This document shows, one piece after another, positions 34,007 to 46,974 of a stretch of DNA of 64,000 nt. Below the pieces are notes generated by a model. The model searched no databases and was not told the origin of the DNA. It worked only from the letters and a program-made list of their open reading frames with translations. The stretch is from the NCBI RefSeq assembly GCF_009914755.1, contig NC_060931.1. The stretch is one strand, 5' to 3'. The stretch is from the human T2T-CHM13v2.0 reference genome, Homo sapiens. The stretch's first letter is position 1. Every line of letters begins with the position of its first letter. Position numbers and translations under genes: made by a program.

Positions 34007-35649
34007 CTTTGAAGGATAGACAGAGGAAGAGGGTCAGAGATGTACTCAGAGTGTCAGAAAGGGTCAGAGTTCCAAGGTGGACTAGAGTAAAGGAGGAGAA
34101 ATGAATCAGTAGACATAGAATCAACAGGGTCAAGTTATATAGAATAGTGTCAAATAGCATAGAAAGATTAGCTCTGGGGATTTATAGAGGCACATTCAGG
34201 ATGGCTCTCAAGAGTCCAGATAATGATTAAACAAACAAGTAAACACCTACTTGCTCCTGAGCTATAGCTTAAGGAACTGAGTGAAGCTAAAAGATCTTAC
34301 ACTTGCTCCCCATCAGGTGACCAATTTGAACCTACACCTAACATTAGCTCTCCTCCAGCATCTCTTCCTCTCCTCTCTGTCCCCTCTCCCAAGCCCACCA
34401 TCCTCTTGCTGTACCTGATGCGTTAGTAAAGAAGTATGCCAAGAGCATGTAGTGTAGGACCCCTCACCTGTGAGGACCATTTGCAACTGACCACATTCTC
34501 CCACTCAGCAGTGTCTCCCGCAATAAAAGCTTTGTGCCCAGACTGATCACCTTTCAGAAGAAGTCAAAAGCGAGGCAGTCAGCATAAGATGTAGGAGTGA
34601 AATGAAAAATCATATAGGAGATAATAAAAATATACAGGAGCTTTAACTTGCTACAACTCCACACTGCTCTACTTACTTTCAAATAAATGTGAGCCTTAAA
34701 TCATTATGCAGACTCTGTGATGAGTGTGCACTGCATAAAAAATGTTAGCTTCCTTTACTCTTCCAAAATGTGATTGATCATCTTCCACTCCATCCGCTCT
34801 GCACACTTGACTCGTTTTAATATGTGGTCAAAAATAATTTTTATTTGCAAAGTGTGGTCAACAAGTAACACTTTGGGGAAAAAAATGTTTGTTTAGCAAA
34901 TCTGAAGGTCTTCATTTGCATTTTTCTCTTTTGTTCACTGATCTCTGACAAAATGATATTTTTCAACCTTTCCTTTTTGCCAAACCCATGAAACCTTACG
35001 TGTCACCTACATTAAATATACACAATTTCCTTTTAAATGTATTCACACAACTAGTTTAGAAACAGACTTGTGTATAATCTGAGAAGTTATAACCTCTTAT
35101 ACTCAATAGTTTTCATTCTAAATAGTTTTAGTATTTTTAAGCCTCATTCCCACTGAAAAACATCCTCAAGTTAATGACATAAAATAGATGATAAACAGAT
35201 GTGAATAGAGCAACTCAAATTCTGTAAAATATTATATCTCCCAAATGTCCAAATTTCAATTTAAAACTTAAATACAAATTTAGACAACTATTTTCATAAA
35301 GACTTGAACACTGTGCATAATCAACAGAGAAAAATAATTTTTGTTTCACCAAACTACAATAAAGGACCAGAGTAGTGTGAACATTTGCATTGAAATGAAA
35401 ATGCAATGTTCATTCCAATATAGAGCAGAACCTCTAAAATGTTGTACAGCTTATATATTCTATGGTATTTTTGTAATCTAAACTAAGACAAACAAGCACA
35501 AACTTAGTATAATTATAAGTAGTCAAAGAAGAGTTAAAAGAAACTCAGAACCACCATTCTCCTGAACAGCTCCAAGAGAGAAAGCGGGCAAGAGGGAGAG
35601 GCAAAAAGAAGGAAGGAAGGGAAGAAGGGAGGCTGAGGAGAAAGAGGGA

Positions 35650-35765
35650 GAGGGAAGGAGGGAGGAAGAGGTGGGGCCAACAGGGAGGGAAGGAGGGAGG
35701 AAGAGGTGGGGCCAACAGGGAGGGAAGGAGGGAGGAAGAGGTGGAGACAACAGGGAGGGAAGGAG
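35650..35765 (+). repeat. 35-bp purine-rich minisatellite, about 3.3 copies
   Basis: unit gagggaaggagggaggaagaggtggggccaacagg at 35650, 35685, 35720 and 35755 (partial). Confidence 0.95.
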
Positions 35766-35861
35766 ACTTCAATCTGTGACTTTGTCATTTGGCTGTGTGT
35801 GTGTGTTCCTTCCTCACCACTGCCTCTTGACTACAAGTGATTTCTTAATTATCCTATAAAA

Positions 35862-36051
35862 CAAGGGTCAGCAAACTATGGCCCACAGGCCAAATTCAGC
35901 CTGCTGTCTGTTTTGGTATAATAACATTTTACTGAAATATAACCCCACTCATATGTTTACACAATAGAGTTAAGTAACTGCAACAAAAAGACACATAGCC
36001 TGCAAAGCCTAAAATATCTGGCCGTTTGCAAAAGAACTTTAACAACCTCTG
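35862..36051 (+). mobile_element. MER58A (hAT-Charlie)
   Basis: caagggtcagcaaactatggcccacaggccaaat...; 8-bp TSD ctataaaa/ctctaaaa. Confidence 0.9.
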
Positions 36052-36494
36052 CTCTAAAACATTACCCAAATGGCATTTCATCCCCTGTGAAATTTTCCTG
36101 ACTCTCATTAATATTATAGTCCTGCATTTCCTGATAGAAGATGGCAAATGTTATTTGCATTGCACGATTACAGTCCATTATAGGTTTTGGGGTGAAGGGA
36201 TTATATGTATCTTCTCCCTACACTGTGAGCTGCTCAGGAGCAGAGGCTCTGCCATTTTAACGTCACCTACCTCTGGCCCAATACCTGCCATAAATAGAAA
36301 GCTCAATTCATGTTTCTGCATGAATAGCATAACCTTTTACATGATGGAAAAACATCATAGTACCTCCAGAATTAAAAGAAACATATTACCATGTTATGAT
36401 TAGTCATTCTCGGGGTGTGACTGAGAAATAGGCTCAGAATTAGTAGATGACATGATGTTCATGGCTGTTTTGTTTTTTGTTTTTGTTTCCAAAG

Positions 36495-36960
36495 TGGCTT
36501 ATTTGATTTGGATTCCAGAAGCAAATTCTGAGAAGGAGATGTGTGTGTGTGGGAAATGTACCGGGTACTGTTCTAGGGAAATACCATCTGTGATGGAGTA
36601 AAGGTGGTAGGAATGGGCAGAAGTTGAATTGCAATGCAGTTGCCACCAAGGCCTCAGCCAATCCCATACAGAACGTTGGAACTAGGATAGTCCTGCAGAG
36701 TTTTCCAGGATTGAGGCAAAAAACTAGGCCTCTGTACCACTGCTTAGCATAATCAATGGTTATGGGAACATCTGGAAGAGATAGCATAGAAGAGTGGTCT
36801 GCATAGAAGCAGTTCCCTTCTGCCAAGGAAGCTGAAAGCAAGTCCTTCTGGAGGAAGATCCAGCTGTGAGCCATCAGCAGGCAAAAACTTAGTGAATGTG
36901 TGTGTGCCCATGTTGGCTGTGAAGAAAAATCTGGGAGGGGGTCTATAGCAGCCAACATGA
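36495..36960 (-). mobile_element. ERVL LTR (LTR16-like)
   Basis: ccagaagcaaattctgagaaggaga...gcagttgccaccaaggcctcagccaatccca. Confidence 0.7.
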
Positions 36961-38605
36961 GCAGGCGGAGACACTCCCTCAGAAGCTCATACCTCAGAAG
37001 GTATGAGAATAATATAGAACCCTGAGACCCCAGCCATGATCTTTCTAAAATAGGCTAAATATTCACAAAAGCACCAACAGGGTTCAAGCCCAAGTAATCA
37101 GTTCTCCAGCCTCTGTGGCTGTCAATCTGCCATGATCTGTCCCTTCAGTCTTAATAAAATTACTGCAGACAGGGGAAATTGCCCTCCTATGGAACTATGG
37201 GAAATCACAATCGGTAATAGTCTTTTAGGCCAAACTGTGAGATTTCTTATAACTTGCACAGCCTAAAGTTGATCGGTCCACTTAGAATTAGGAAGCCTAG
37301 CAGGAATGATTAAAAAGCATCCATTCAGAAAACATTACCAGACTCATCACCATCTGGTCAGATCTGATTATTACACAGTCAAGGAAACTCCCACCGGAGA
37401 CACCACAGGGAGAATTCTTCTGAGGCTGCCACTTAGCATTTGTTAACGGCAGCAGGGAATAAGTGTGATGTACGACAGGCACTGTATGCCAGGTACCTGC
37501 ACATCATGCTGCACTCCACTGACTCGTCTTTCAGCAAGTCCAGAGATAAGGAGATGCATGGTGATATTTTAAAGTGCTTTAATGATTTTTTAAAAAGAGT
37601 GGAAGATATATACTTTTGAAAACAAGAAAGAAAACAAAACAAAAAAAAAATATGCTGAATGCAGAGCAGCATGCCCGTCTCATTCCATACTGGTCAGCAG
37701 CCTCCGCGCTCCAACTAGGAACACGAATGCCATTTTTCAAACACCCCAGATGCTTCCCTGCATGCAAGACTTTCTAACCAATTTTTCAAACTAAGTACAA
37801 CCCTGAAATGTGACTGCTTTCTCAATCTGCTTTGAAAGAGTTTCAGCAGTTTTGATTTCTGCCAGTAGGTTTAGGATCCCCACAGAACACAGCTACAAAT
37901 AAAAGCTAAAGATAAATAGAAAGGAGAAAGTAGGTTTTGCCAGGGTGCTAACTCTTCTGAACTTCACATAGGAGAGGAGACCTGCTGTGATGAGACTGTT
38001 GGTTAGAAAAAAAGACATATCAACAAGATTCACCAAAAAATCCCAACTGCAACTCAGAAAAGCTTCCAAAAGTTGACATTCTATACTAATAACAAGTGAA
38101 AAACATCAATTACATTTACATTATTGAAGCTGAGCATAAAGAGAACTGGATAAATCAAAGAGATTCCTCGGGTTTTTCCAACCTTCAGAGATTCTACCCA
38201 GGACATTTAGTAAACTACAAGCAAGAGGACATGTCAAATAGGCTAATCTGACAATTCTTAGGCATTCATTTGCAGTCATGAATGGTACACAGATAATCTT
38301 CCTATTGAAAGTTTTTCAATAAAATTCAAGGGCCAGAAGTTGGGAAAGAATTGGTCATTTGTTGTTGTAGCTGTCTTCCATAACTTGGCTAGTGATTGAA
38401 AAACTTCTCAAATGTAACTGCAGCAACTTCGCTGGAGTACAGCCTGGAGTACAGCTGTGATCAGCAAAGCTGACTAGGCTCATGGCATTTGAATCAAATC
38501 CTCTTGATGTGTAATTTGTCTAAAATATTTTCTTCATTATGTTGTGTTAAGAACTCTTACTCTGCAGACCAAGTCTACCTTGCATGTGACAAACATGATT
38601 TAAAC

Positions 38606-39041
38606 CAGTGGTTCTCAAACAGGAGTGAATTTGTCCCCATGGGACATTTGGCAATGTCTGGAGACATTGCTGGCTGACTCAACTAGAGTGTGGGGAGTGT
38701 TAATAACATCTAATGCAGGGGTGACCAATCTTTTGGCTTCCCTGGGCCACACTGAAACAAGAATTGTCTTGGGCCACACATAAAATACACTAACATTAAC
38801 AATAGCTGATGAGCTAAAAAAATAAAAAAATAAAAAAAACTCATAATATTTTAAGAAAGTTTACAAATTTGTGTTGAGCCACATTCAAAGCCTTCCTGAG
38901 CCACATGCAGCCTGTGGGCCACAGGTTGGACAAGCTTGAGCTAGTGGGTAGAGGTCAGGAATGCTATTAATCATTCTACAATGCATAGAGCAGCCTCTTT
39001 CCCCCCAAAAAATTCAATAGTGTCAAGGGTGAGAAATTCTG
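38606..39041 (+). mobile_element. MER20, split by MER30
   Basis: cagtggttctcaa...ggacatttggcaatgtctggagacatt...tagtgggtagaggtcagg...gagaaattctg. Confidence 0.9.
38716..38938 (+). mobile_element. MER30
   Basis: caggggtgaccaatcttttggcttccctgggccac...ggttggacaagcttg; degenerate TSD atctaatg/agctagtg. Confidence 0.92.
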
Positions 39042-40009
39042 ACTTAGATCTTGCTCAGGTTGAGACTATAGAAGCCCTGTGGAAGAAAATGCTGCAAAGC
39101 AGTTCAGTTGTGCGCAATATGCACATGAAGTATATGCAGTATGCACAAGAAGGGCAACAGAGCTTTGCTTCAATGGAAATCTACTGAGCAGATCTATTTT
39201 AGGATCTTGTACTGTCCATCACAGTTTGCATCAATCTAATCAGTCTATAAAGCAGAAGAATAAAAAAATTAAGTGCCTACATTCTGCTTTCTCTGATTCC
39301 TGCCCAGGATTTTGACTCTTCAAAGACAGGAGCAATTTTACAACCTCATCCTCAGTTTAGTGACTAGTTAATGCTGACTGCTTTGCCTTGTTACACAAGA
39401 GGTTTACAAACAGAAAAGCACAGATGACTTTTAACCATTAAAAATTGTGCCTATATGTTTAGTGAAGAGGACACTAGCTATTTTCCAATCCAAGATTTAC
39501 ATGATTAATAACACATGCCATTCCTCAACCCTTCCTTATTTGGGGAACTCCTTCATTATGAATTCAAACCTTTTTAACCTGAACCCAGGCCTCTATTTAA
39601 CTGTTATTGGATAGTTCTCCATAAATTCATAATGACCAGATTTTAACTCATCTGTTTGCTAAAAAACTGATATCTTTCCAATGTATTTTCCTCTTCCACT
39701 ATTGTCTGTTGACCAGATCAAGCATTTATACCTTCTTTCTCTAATCACTCCTATTTAGTTAGGCTCTATAGATTTTTTACTTTGAGTTATCTCTTCTACT
39801 CTCCCTTCCACTTTATTTATAATATCATACTCCACTTCTAGGTCTCCCAGAGCCTTTTTTCAGGTGTTCCTGCTGACTCGAGGCTTTCCTTTTCCTTCCT
39901 ACACCATCCCAACTACATCTTTTATATAATAGTCATCTTCATCAAACCTCACCCATTTTAATCCATTTGTGTTATATTTATTTAAGACTTAAGGAGATAC
40001 AGCAAGGTA

Positions 40010-40437
40010 GTTGGTTGAATAGGTTCTCACAGAAATTCATATCCACCCAGAACCTCAGAATGTGACTTATTTTAAAATAGAGTCTTTTCAGATGTAATTT
40101 GGTTGTACTAGATTAGGGCTGGCCCTAAATCCAATGACTGTTATCCTTATAAGAATGTGCGTGGACACCCAGAGAAAAAGGGCAGCCTAAAGATGGGGGG
40201 CAGATATTAGAGTTATGTGTCTACAAGCCAAAGAATGCTAAGAATTGCCAGCAAACACCAGAAGCTAGGTGAGTAGCATGGCATGGTTCTTAGAGTCTCC
40301 AAGAGGAGTAAACCTTGCCAATGTCAATGCCTTAATTTTGGACTTCTGGCCTTCTAAATTGTGAGAGGGTAAATTTCCATTGTTTTCAACATTGAGTTTG
40401 TGTTAATTAGTTCTGGTAGTCCTAGGAAACTATTACA
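40010..40437 (+). mobile_element. MLT1C-like LTR
   Basis: gaacctcagaatgtgac...ggccctaaatccaatgact...ctaggaaactattaca. Confidence 0.85.
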
Positions 40438-40449
40438 GCGGTCATAACA

Positions 40450-40877
40450 AAATGCTTCAGTCTTCCAACTACAGGTAGCATAATTGTCCAAAGACCCCAG
40501 GTGCTGCTCTAATACCCACTTGGCGTTTGCTCCAAGGCCACGTTTCCCATAGGCTGCTCCCTGCCAGTGACTAAGAGCAGCATACACACAAAGCAGAACA
40601 ATTCCTGGGAGGCACAGACTACTTTGTTGGCCAGTTTGACTCCAAGACTCTTTCAAAGCCTTGTTACACTATTCTTAGACTGAATACTGTCTGAAATGCT
40701 CTCATCCTGCCTTCTTTTCCTCTCTTCTTTTGGAATAAGTCTGCCTCCTGGTCTGATGATCCTCTAACCTTCCCCAACTCCCCTCCTAATTTTTCCCGTA
40801 AGTGTATCCCTAATAAAATGCATACATATTAAATTGTACCTTGCTATCTACCTCCTGGAAAACCTGAACTGACCCAG
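40450..40877 (+). mobile_element. ERVL LTR (LTR33-like)
   Basis: ccaaggccacgtttcccataggctgctcc...ctaataaaat...ggaaaacctgaactgaccca. Confidence 0.7.
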
Positions 40878-40889
40878 AAGAGAATGACA

Positions 40890-41740
40890 GACTCTGGTTT
40901 CTATTTGAAAAATAGAAAATAGATTGCTCTGCCTGGTTTGTGGAAAGTAAATTAGAATTTGGCAAGATTGAAAGGGAAAGACCAAATAGAAATATAATGC
41001 AGTAGCTAAAGGAGAGAGGCTTGTGGCTTGCAGTATACTAGTGATAGCAGTAGATGCAGTGGTCAGATTCCAGATATACTTCGGCAGTAAGACTTATAAA
41101 ACCTGGTGATGCATTTATGTGAGGGTGTAGGAAAAATCAGTATCAAGTTGATTCCTTAATTTCTAGCAAGAGCAAATGCAAGGATGTTGGTGACATTCAC
41201 TGAGATGTAGAATGCTGGAAGAGTAAATCCAAAACTAAAAAATTAAAATTTTAGTTTATATATGTTAAGATCAAAATTATTTGCAGATATCTAAACAGAG
41301 ACGTCAAAGAGAGAATTGATTCTTAAGAAGCTCAAAAGAGTGGACCAGACTTCTACATGAAGTTGGCAGATATAAGAATCCAGTGTTTAAAGCAGAGGGA
41401 GTAATTCAAATCTTTTAGGAAATAATGTAGAGTTAGCAACAAAAGGGCAGTCATGAGGCCTTCCAAAATGTAAAGGTCAAGACCAGAAAAGGAAGTGGAC
41501 AATGGAGACTGAGACAGAATGAAAAGAGGGGTAGGAGGAAAGTGTGAACATGGTATCCACAAAGGGAAGGGAAGAGTGCATTTTGAGGATGAGTGGAGGG
41601 TTCACTGGTCAAATGCTGTTGCAAATACAAGAAAGATCATTTAAAATTGTCCATTGGCTTCGGAGACAGTTAATCTTCATGTTGGTGGAGTGGTGATGAT
41701 GGACGCAAGATGGGAGGGGTCTGAGAAGAGAATAGGACTT
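40890..41740 (-). mobile_element. L2 fragment
   Basis: gacattcactgagatg, gtcaaatgctgttg, ttgtccattgg motifs. Confidence 0.7.
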
Positions 41741-42451
41741 CAGATCAAGTTGCCTCTGTCAGTATGTAAACCGTTATGCCCCAAACACACATCACTGATA
41801 GAAAAGCTTGCATTCATAACAAAAAAAATATAGCCAAGGGGATTTCCACTTTGGTATTTTTGAATGTAAACTTTAAGCACTTTCCCACCACCACTTATCA
41901 ATGTTTTCTTTTCATATTTATAACCATAATAAAAAAGATAAACTTTTGTGTAGGCCAGAAGGCCAACAGAAACAAACAGCAATAATAGAAGCTAAAACAA
42001 TGTGTTTCTGGATAAGGAGTCACAAGAGACAAAGGCAGAGCAGAGATATCGACTCTCTGTGTTGTGTCATGTGCCGCATTTTGAGCTCTCTGCATTGAAG
42101 GATATCTGCTACTTGAAGGCAGGACAACTGTTTATTTGGAATTTACCTCTTTACTGTTTGGTCAATAGTCTCTATTCCAATATACTCACAAAGTATTGTT
42201 TTAAGCATAAAATCATATTAAGATTAAATATACAAATTCTTAGATTATCATCATCATCTGATCTCTCTGAACTTCTTTTTCATTTTACTACATTCTTTAG
42301 TCCTTCCTGGCAAAACCCAACTCCTCCATTTTCCTTCCAATACCACTGTTATAACCTCTTTGACGTCATTAGAGACAACATTATTCAAAATATTTGGGCT
42401 ACTGGTGATCATTGCCCATAATCTCAGTCTCTACTGTCACATCAGTAAAAG

Positions 42452-42561
42452 CCTGATGACTCTTATTTAAGAGAAAATAAGGAGGTTCTAGACATCAGAA
42501 AGACTACCTGATGACTCTTATTTAAGAGAAAATAAGGAGGTTCTAGACATCAGAAAGACTA
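42452..42561. repeat. perfect 55-bp tandem duplication
   Basis: cctgatgactcttatttaagagaaaataaggaggttctagacatcagaaagacta twice (42452-42506, 42507-42561). Confidence 0.97.
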
Positions 42562-44099
42562 TCAGTCTATTGTAGCCTAAAGGAATACTATTCAAGTTTA
42601 AAGTCAATGGAAGCCTTAAAAGGTTGATATGGTATTCAAAGTGCAATCACTCAATATAATCAAGTGTCTTACTCTTTACAGATAAAAGACCAGAAACAAA
42701 AATGTAATATAAAGTTTACTAGGATATTACTTGGCATTTATTGCAGGTAATATAAAGATATTTTAAGAAAAAATGCATATTTTGCATCTATGTGAGATTT
42801 ACAAGCACATATCTCCAAGTCAAAATTAACACTGAAGTCCACATGGCCAGAGACTAGTACACAAGTACATATGAAATGAGTTTGGTAGTGATCTCCCAGA
42901 TAAAACCACAGCAAAGAAGCATCAAAGCAGCAGCATTGTGAACTCTACTTCAATTCTTTAATGTACCATCTAAGTTTGGATAGTTTGGAGGTCCATACAA
43001 AGGCATTGGTTACCCTGGCCCACATCAAGAGTGCTGGATATTTTTGCTTGCAGTAATGAAGTATTTACACACATATTACATGTTGCAGAAACACTCCAGC
43101 TACCTGAAGAAAGGGCTAGCATACTAAAGAGGAGAAAAATAAAACAGAACAAATTTTGATATGAATAACTATGCCTTAATAGCAATACCAAGGGCCATGT
43201 AGCTTTCTGGACAAGGTTTAAGATGGCAGTGGTGGCCCTCTACACCCGGCAGAAGAATAAATCTTAAGGATATTCAAAAGGCACATGTCCTGTTTTCAGT
43301 ATATGTAATAGGGGAGGTTTCTCCCCTGGACCTCCAGGTGCAGTTAGGCTGCCAACAAGTCAGAATAATGAGTAGGCTCACCCCACACATGCCCTGCTCT
43401 CTGTACCCCAGGCAGGCATTTGTCAGAGTATAAATTATCTACAGTGGTCTCCAAAGGCTCTGGAAAGTTAGTGTATATCCTTGAAAAAAGGAGAGAAACC
43501 CTAGAACTAATATTATAGAAAATAGGGGCTAAGTAAAGGTATATTCTAAGTAGAAAATGTTGCTCTGGTTAGAAAACACACACACAAATGCATTCTTGCC
43601 AACACCAAGTGAAACATCAGATGCTAGTTATTCAATTCTATATTCCTTCCTAGTCACTTTAAAATCTAAGGACATGAATAGCAATGTTTAAATGTCAGCA
43701 TTGAATCTTGACAACAGCTTAAGGCCTCATTATTTTAACGTATCTTCACTGAGTGATAACAGACACCAAAGAAATACATAATTAGATAATTACTTTGTAT
43801 TGGCTCAATCTTTTTAAGGACTCCAAAGAATATTAAAAACTTTGAAAGATCAAGGATGCAGCAAATTTAACTCTTCAATGAAATGCAAATTTAAAATAGC
43901 ACTGCAGTAATGCTGACATTCTGCCTTACGGAGGAGGGTAGGGAAGGAAGGAAACCAATCATCTATATTAACCAACAAATCAGTGACCAGAACATTTTCC
44001 ACAGAAAGTAACAAAATATCTGATCATTTGAAGCTTAAATGATAAAGTTACTCCATTTCCTCGTGTAACAAAAAGCTTGAAGTAGTAATTCAGAAGTGG

Positions 44100-44556
44100 T
44101 TCAATAGTGCAACTATGCCAAACCACTGGACTGTGAGACTGATTTGCTCAGCCTTCTTATAGCCTCAAGGTGCCTGTGGCCTTCCCCATTGAGAGTTGAG
44201 GTGTGAGTAGATGAAGTACCTAAGGGAGCACTAAGACAGGGAAAGTACCTTGCATGATCACATCCAAAGAAGGAAGAGAAAAAAGAGCGGAAGAGTATCT
44301 TCCCTTCATACAATTCTCTCTTATCAAGAAGAAAAGTACCTTCCAGCAGATTTCCCATTACTTCTCATCGGTTAAAACTAAATCATATGTTCATATTGAG
44401 ACTAATCAATGCCTAAGGAAATGGGATTGCCACATTGGATTAGATATATCAGCCCGGCCTCCGAGGACTTGGTAATTGAGGTCTGAATAAAATCGGAGCA
44501 TTGCTAGCAAAGAAAAAGGGAGAACGTTAGTAGACAACAAGCAGTGTCAGCCACAA
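44100..44556 (-). mobile_element. old MaLR LTR (MLT1K/L-like)
   Basis: ccagcagatttcccattacttctcat...gtagacaacaagcagtgtcagccaca. Confidence 0.6.
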
Positions 44557-45419
44557 CTCTACATTTTATACTGGAGGTCAAAATATTTGGCTCTATTGGA
44601 TGTTTTAAGTAAAGTAGTTTCTCTTTCTTTCCAAAGTAATGCAGAGTTTCAACTTTATAAATATAAGAACCAGTTCCCTGGATGACCTCCCTGCTGGTAT
44701 AATAAAGCACTAGGAGATAGGTGCTTGCATGCTTTCCAAGGAATTTAGACCCCAGTCACGTGAGACTCCATGGATTACAATCATCACTGAACTTCCCCCA
44801 AAGCAAATAAGTAATTAGTGCAGTCTCCAGAACATAGAGTTATTGTGGAAAAATACAGCTAAATACAGCAAATGCTCTATTACTGGCTTCCACTTCTGTG
44901 CAGTCTTCCAGCTCTAAGTACAAGTCATTGCAATAATCTGATCAAATGGTATCAAAGGTGAGGCTAACTGCAGCAAAGAATTTCTGTGCTGGCCAGTTAA
45001 ATATTGATTATTCCCCAAAATGGAATGGCCACTTTAGATCATATCACAGAACTAATAAACATTATCTCCTTGAACTCAAAAGGGACCCAGAAATAAGCTC
45101 AGCTTGAGACTTAACCAATTTATTCTTTGTTACTTTGATTCTCTCTTATTTCAACTTGGATGCTTTGCTAGAATTAGTATTATGAGAATACAGTGTTATT
45201 TCCAGTAGGTCCTTCAGTTGTAAATCTGAAATTCCAAGTATAGTTCTGATCTCTCTATATTGAGCTAATTCATTCAGTGTCACTGATGGAGGGTGAAGCA
45301 TCTTATGTGCCTGAGATAAGAGATAAATGAAAGAATTCTTCACAGTCTATTGGGAACACAGAGAGGTAAACAGTTACAAGGTGGTATGCAAGAAGAAACA
45401 ATCTGGAAAAAAGGGAGCA

Positions 45420-45665
45420 TGTCACACATGATGTGGTAAAACAGTGCTATGTACTCAGGGTGAGCTTTGGAGGCAGGGAGGAGGTTGTTCAGATCTATCC
45501 AGGGCCACTTACTAGCTGTGTGACAGAGCATACATTGCTCTCTCTCTAAAACACAGAAAAATGTGTTATTACTACCAGAGAGGTTTTAAGCATTAAATGA
45601 GATGAAAACTGCAAGTGCATGGCACCCTGCCCCCACACAGAAGAAAAGCTAGATAAATGTTTTTC
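45420..45665 (+). mobile_element. MIR
   Basis: gccacttactagctgtgtgac...attaaatgagatgaa. Confidence 0.7.
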
Positions 45666-45884
45666 CGTTCCCCTTCTTGTTCCTATCCCTTCCTCAGGGA
45701 GAGACCAGGTCAGATTATTCTGGAGAGCAGAAAGCTCCAGGATGGGGCACAGTGGACCAGGGCTCAACTGCCAGAGATGAGTGCTGTAAGCACTGAATAA
45801 GTCTTTGAGTAAATTCAAACTGAGGTCAGAAGGAAGAGTTGGGAAATAAGCATTGCCTATTTTCTTTTTTCACAATTAGTTTTA

Positions 45885-46500
45885 TAAAGTTTTATTTATT
45901 TTTTAACATGTTTATTGTGGTATCATTTATATGCAAAGAACAGCACACATTTAATATGTACAATTTGATGAGTTTGGACATATGTGAACACTCATGAAAC
46001 CATCACCATAATCAAGGTAATAGACATATCCATCACCTTCTAAGTTTCCTTGTATCCGTTTGCTTTTTTGGGTTTTTTTTTTTTTTTTTTTTTTTTTGGT
46101 TTGGGAGAGGGGGTTGTTTGTTTTTGCTAAAAACACTTAACATGAGATCTACCCTCTTAACAAATTTTGAAGTGTACAATACCGTATTGTTAACTATGGG
46201 CACTATACTGTGCAGCAGACCTCTAGAACTTATCTAGCATAACTGAAACTTTATACCTATTTAACAACTCCCCATTTACCTCAGCCCCTGGCAACCTAGG
46301 GGCTAGAGTAGTCTTTGCTTCTGTGAGTTTGACTGACCTCATACAAGTGGAATTGTACAGTATTTGTCCTTTTGTGACTAGCTCATTTCACTTAGCATAA
46401 TGTCTTTAATGTCCAGCTATGTTGTCCCAAATGGCAGGATTTCCTTCTTTTTTAAGGTGGAGTAATATTCTATTGTGTATATAAACCACATTTTCTTTAT
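45885..46500 (-). mobile_element. L1MB/late L1MA 3' end
   Basis: tgaaaccatcaccataatcaaggtaatagacatatccatcacc, acatgagatctaccctcttaac. Confidence 0.88.
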
Positions 46501-46504
46501 ACAG

Positions 46505-46965
46505 ATATTTTAAGAGCTAGTGTGAGGAACCAAAGGCCCCTGTGTTTGCTGATTGGTTTCACTCAAAAGTAAAATTTTTTGTATGCCTTCATCACAGGAG
46601 GTAGTTTTAGAACTTGAAGCAAGCAACCCACCAAAGTTAAGCTCCTACCCTCCACAGAGAATAGCAGATTGGGATGCTATCTTCTTTGATGACTACATTT
46701 CTAAGGGATGGCTCCTAGGTCCTAAAGACAGTCCTGTGTTGTAAAAGGAGCTAGGAGCTTTTAAAAATATGTACATCTCAAAGGGGCAGAGTAAGAATTT
46801 GGAAGTATAAGTTTTCTAAAATAAACTCCCTAAGAAAGGAAGGGGAGGTACTTCTGCAGTTAGGCCATCAGGATTCTGTCAGGGCTGGGGTTGACAGGGG
46901 GGTCAGAGCCCTAAAAGGATAAGGAAATCTGTCTAAAATTTATTAAGGTGAAGGAAAATGTTACA
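46505..46965 (-). mobile_element. ERV1-class LTR (MER31-like)
   Basis: tacatctcaaaggggcagagtaagaattt, ctaagggatggctcctaggtcc. Confidence 0.55.
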
Positions 46966-46974
46966 CTCATTTTT

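Noticed and set aside
35650-35765. CRISPR-like 35-bp direct repeats
   Set aside because: Head-to-tail with no spacers, no cas genes, and the DNA is primate.
35523-35859. Overlapping Pro/Ser/Leu-rich and Gly-rich ORFs
   Set aside because: Artefacts of the stop-free 35-bp minisatellite.
36440-36958. 172-aa ORF
   Set aside because: Lies within an LTR16-like element and has no recognisable domain.
42452-42561. C/D-box snoRNA suggested by TGATGA and CTGA
   Set aside because: The CTGA is supplied only by the duplicated copy, and there is no convincing terminal stem or guide sequence.
43225-43252. Possible CTCF/YY1 site
   Set aside because: Lacks the CC at the start of the CTCF core; a partial match is expected by chance.
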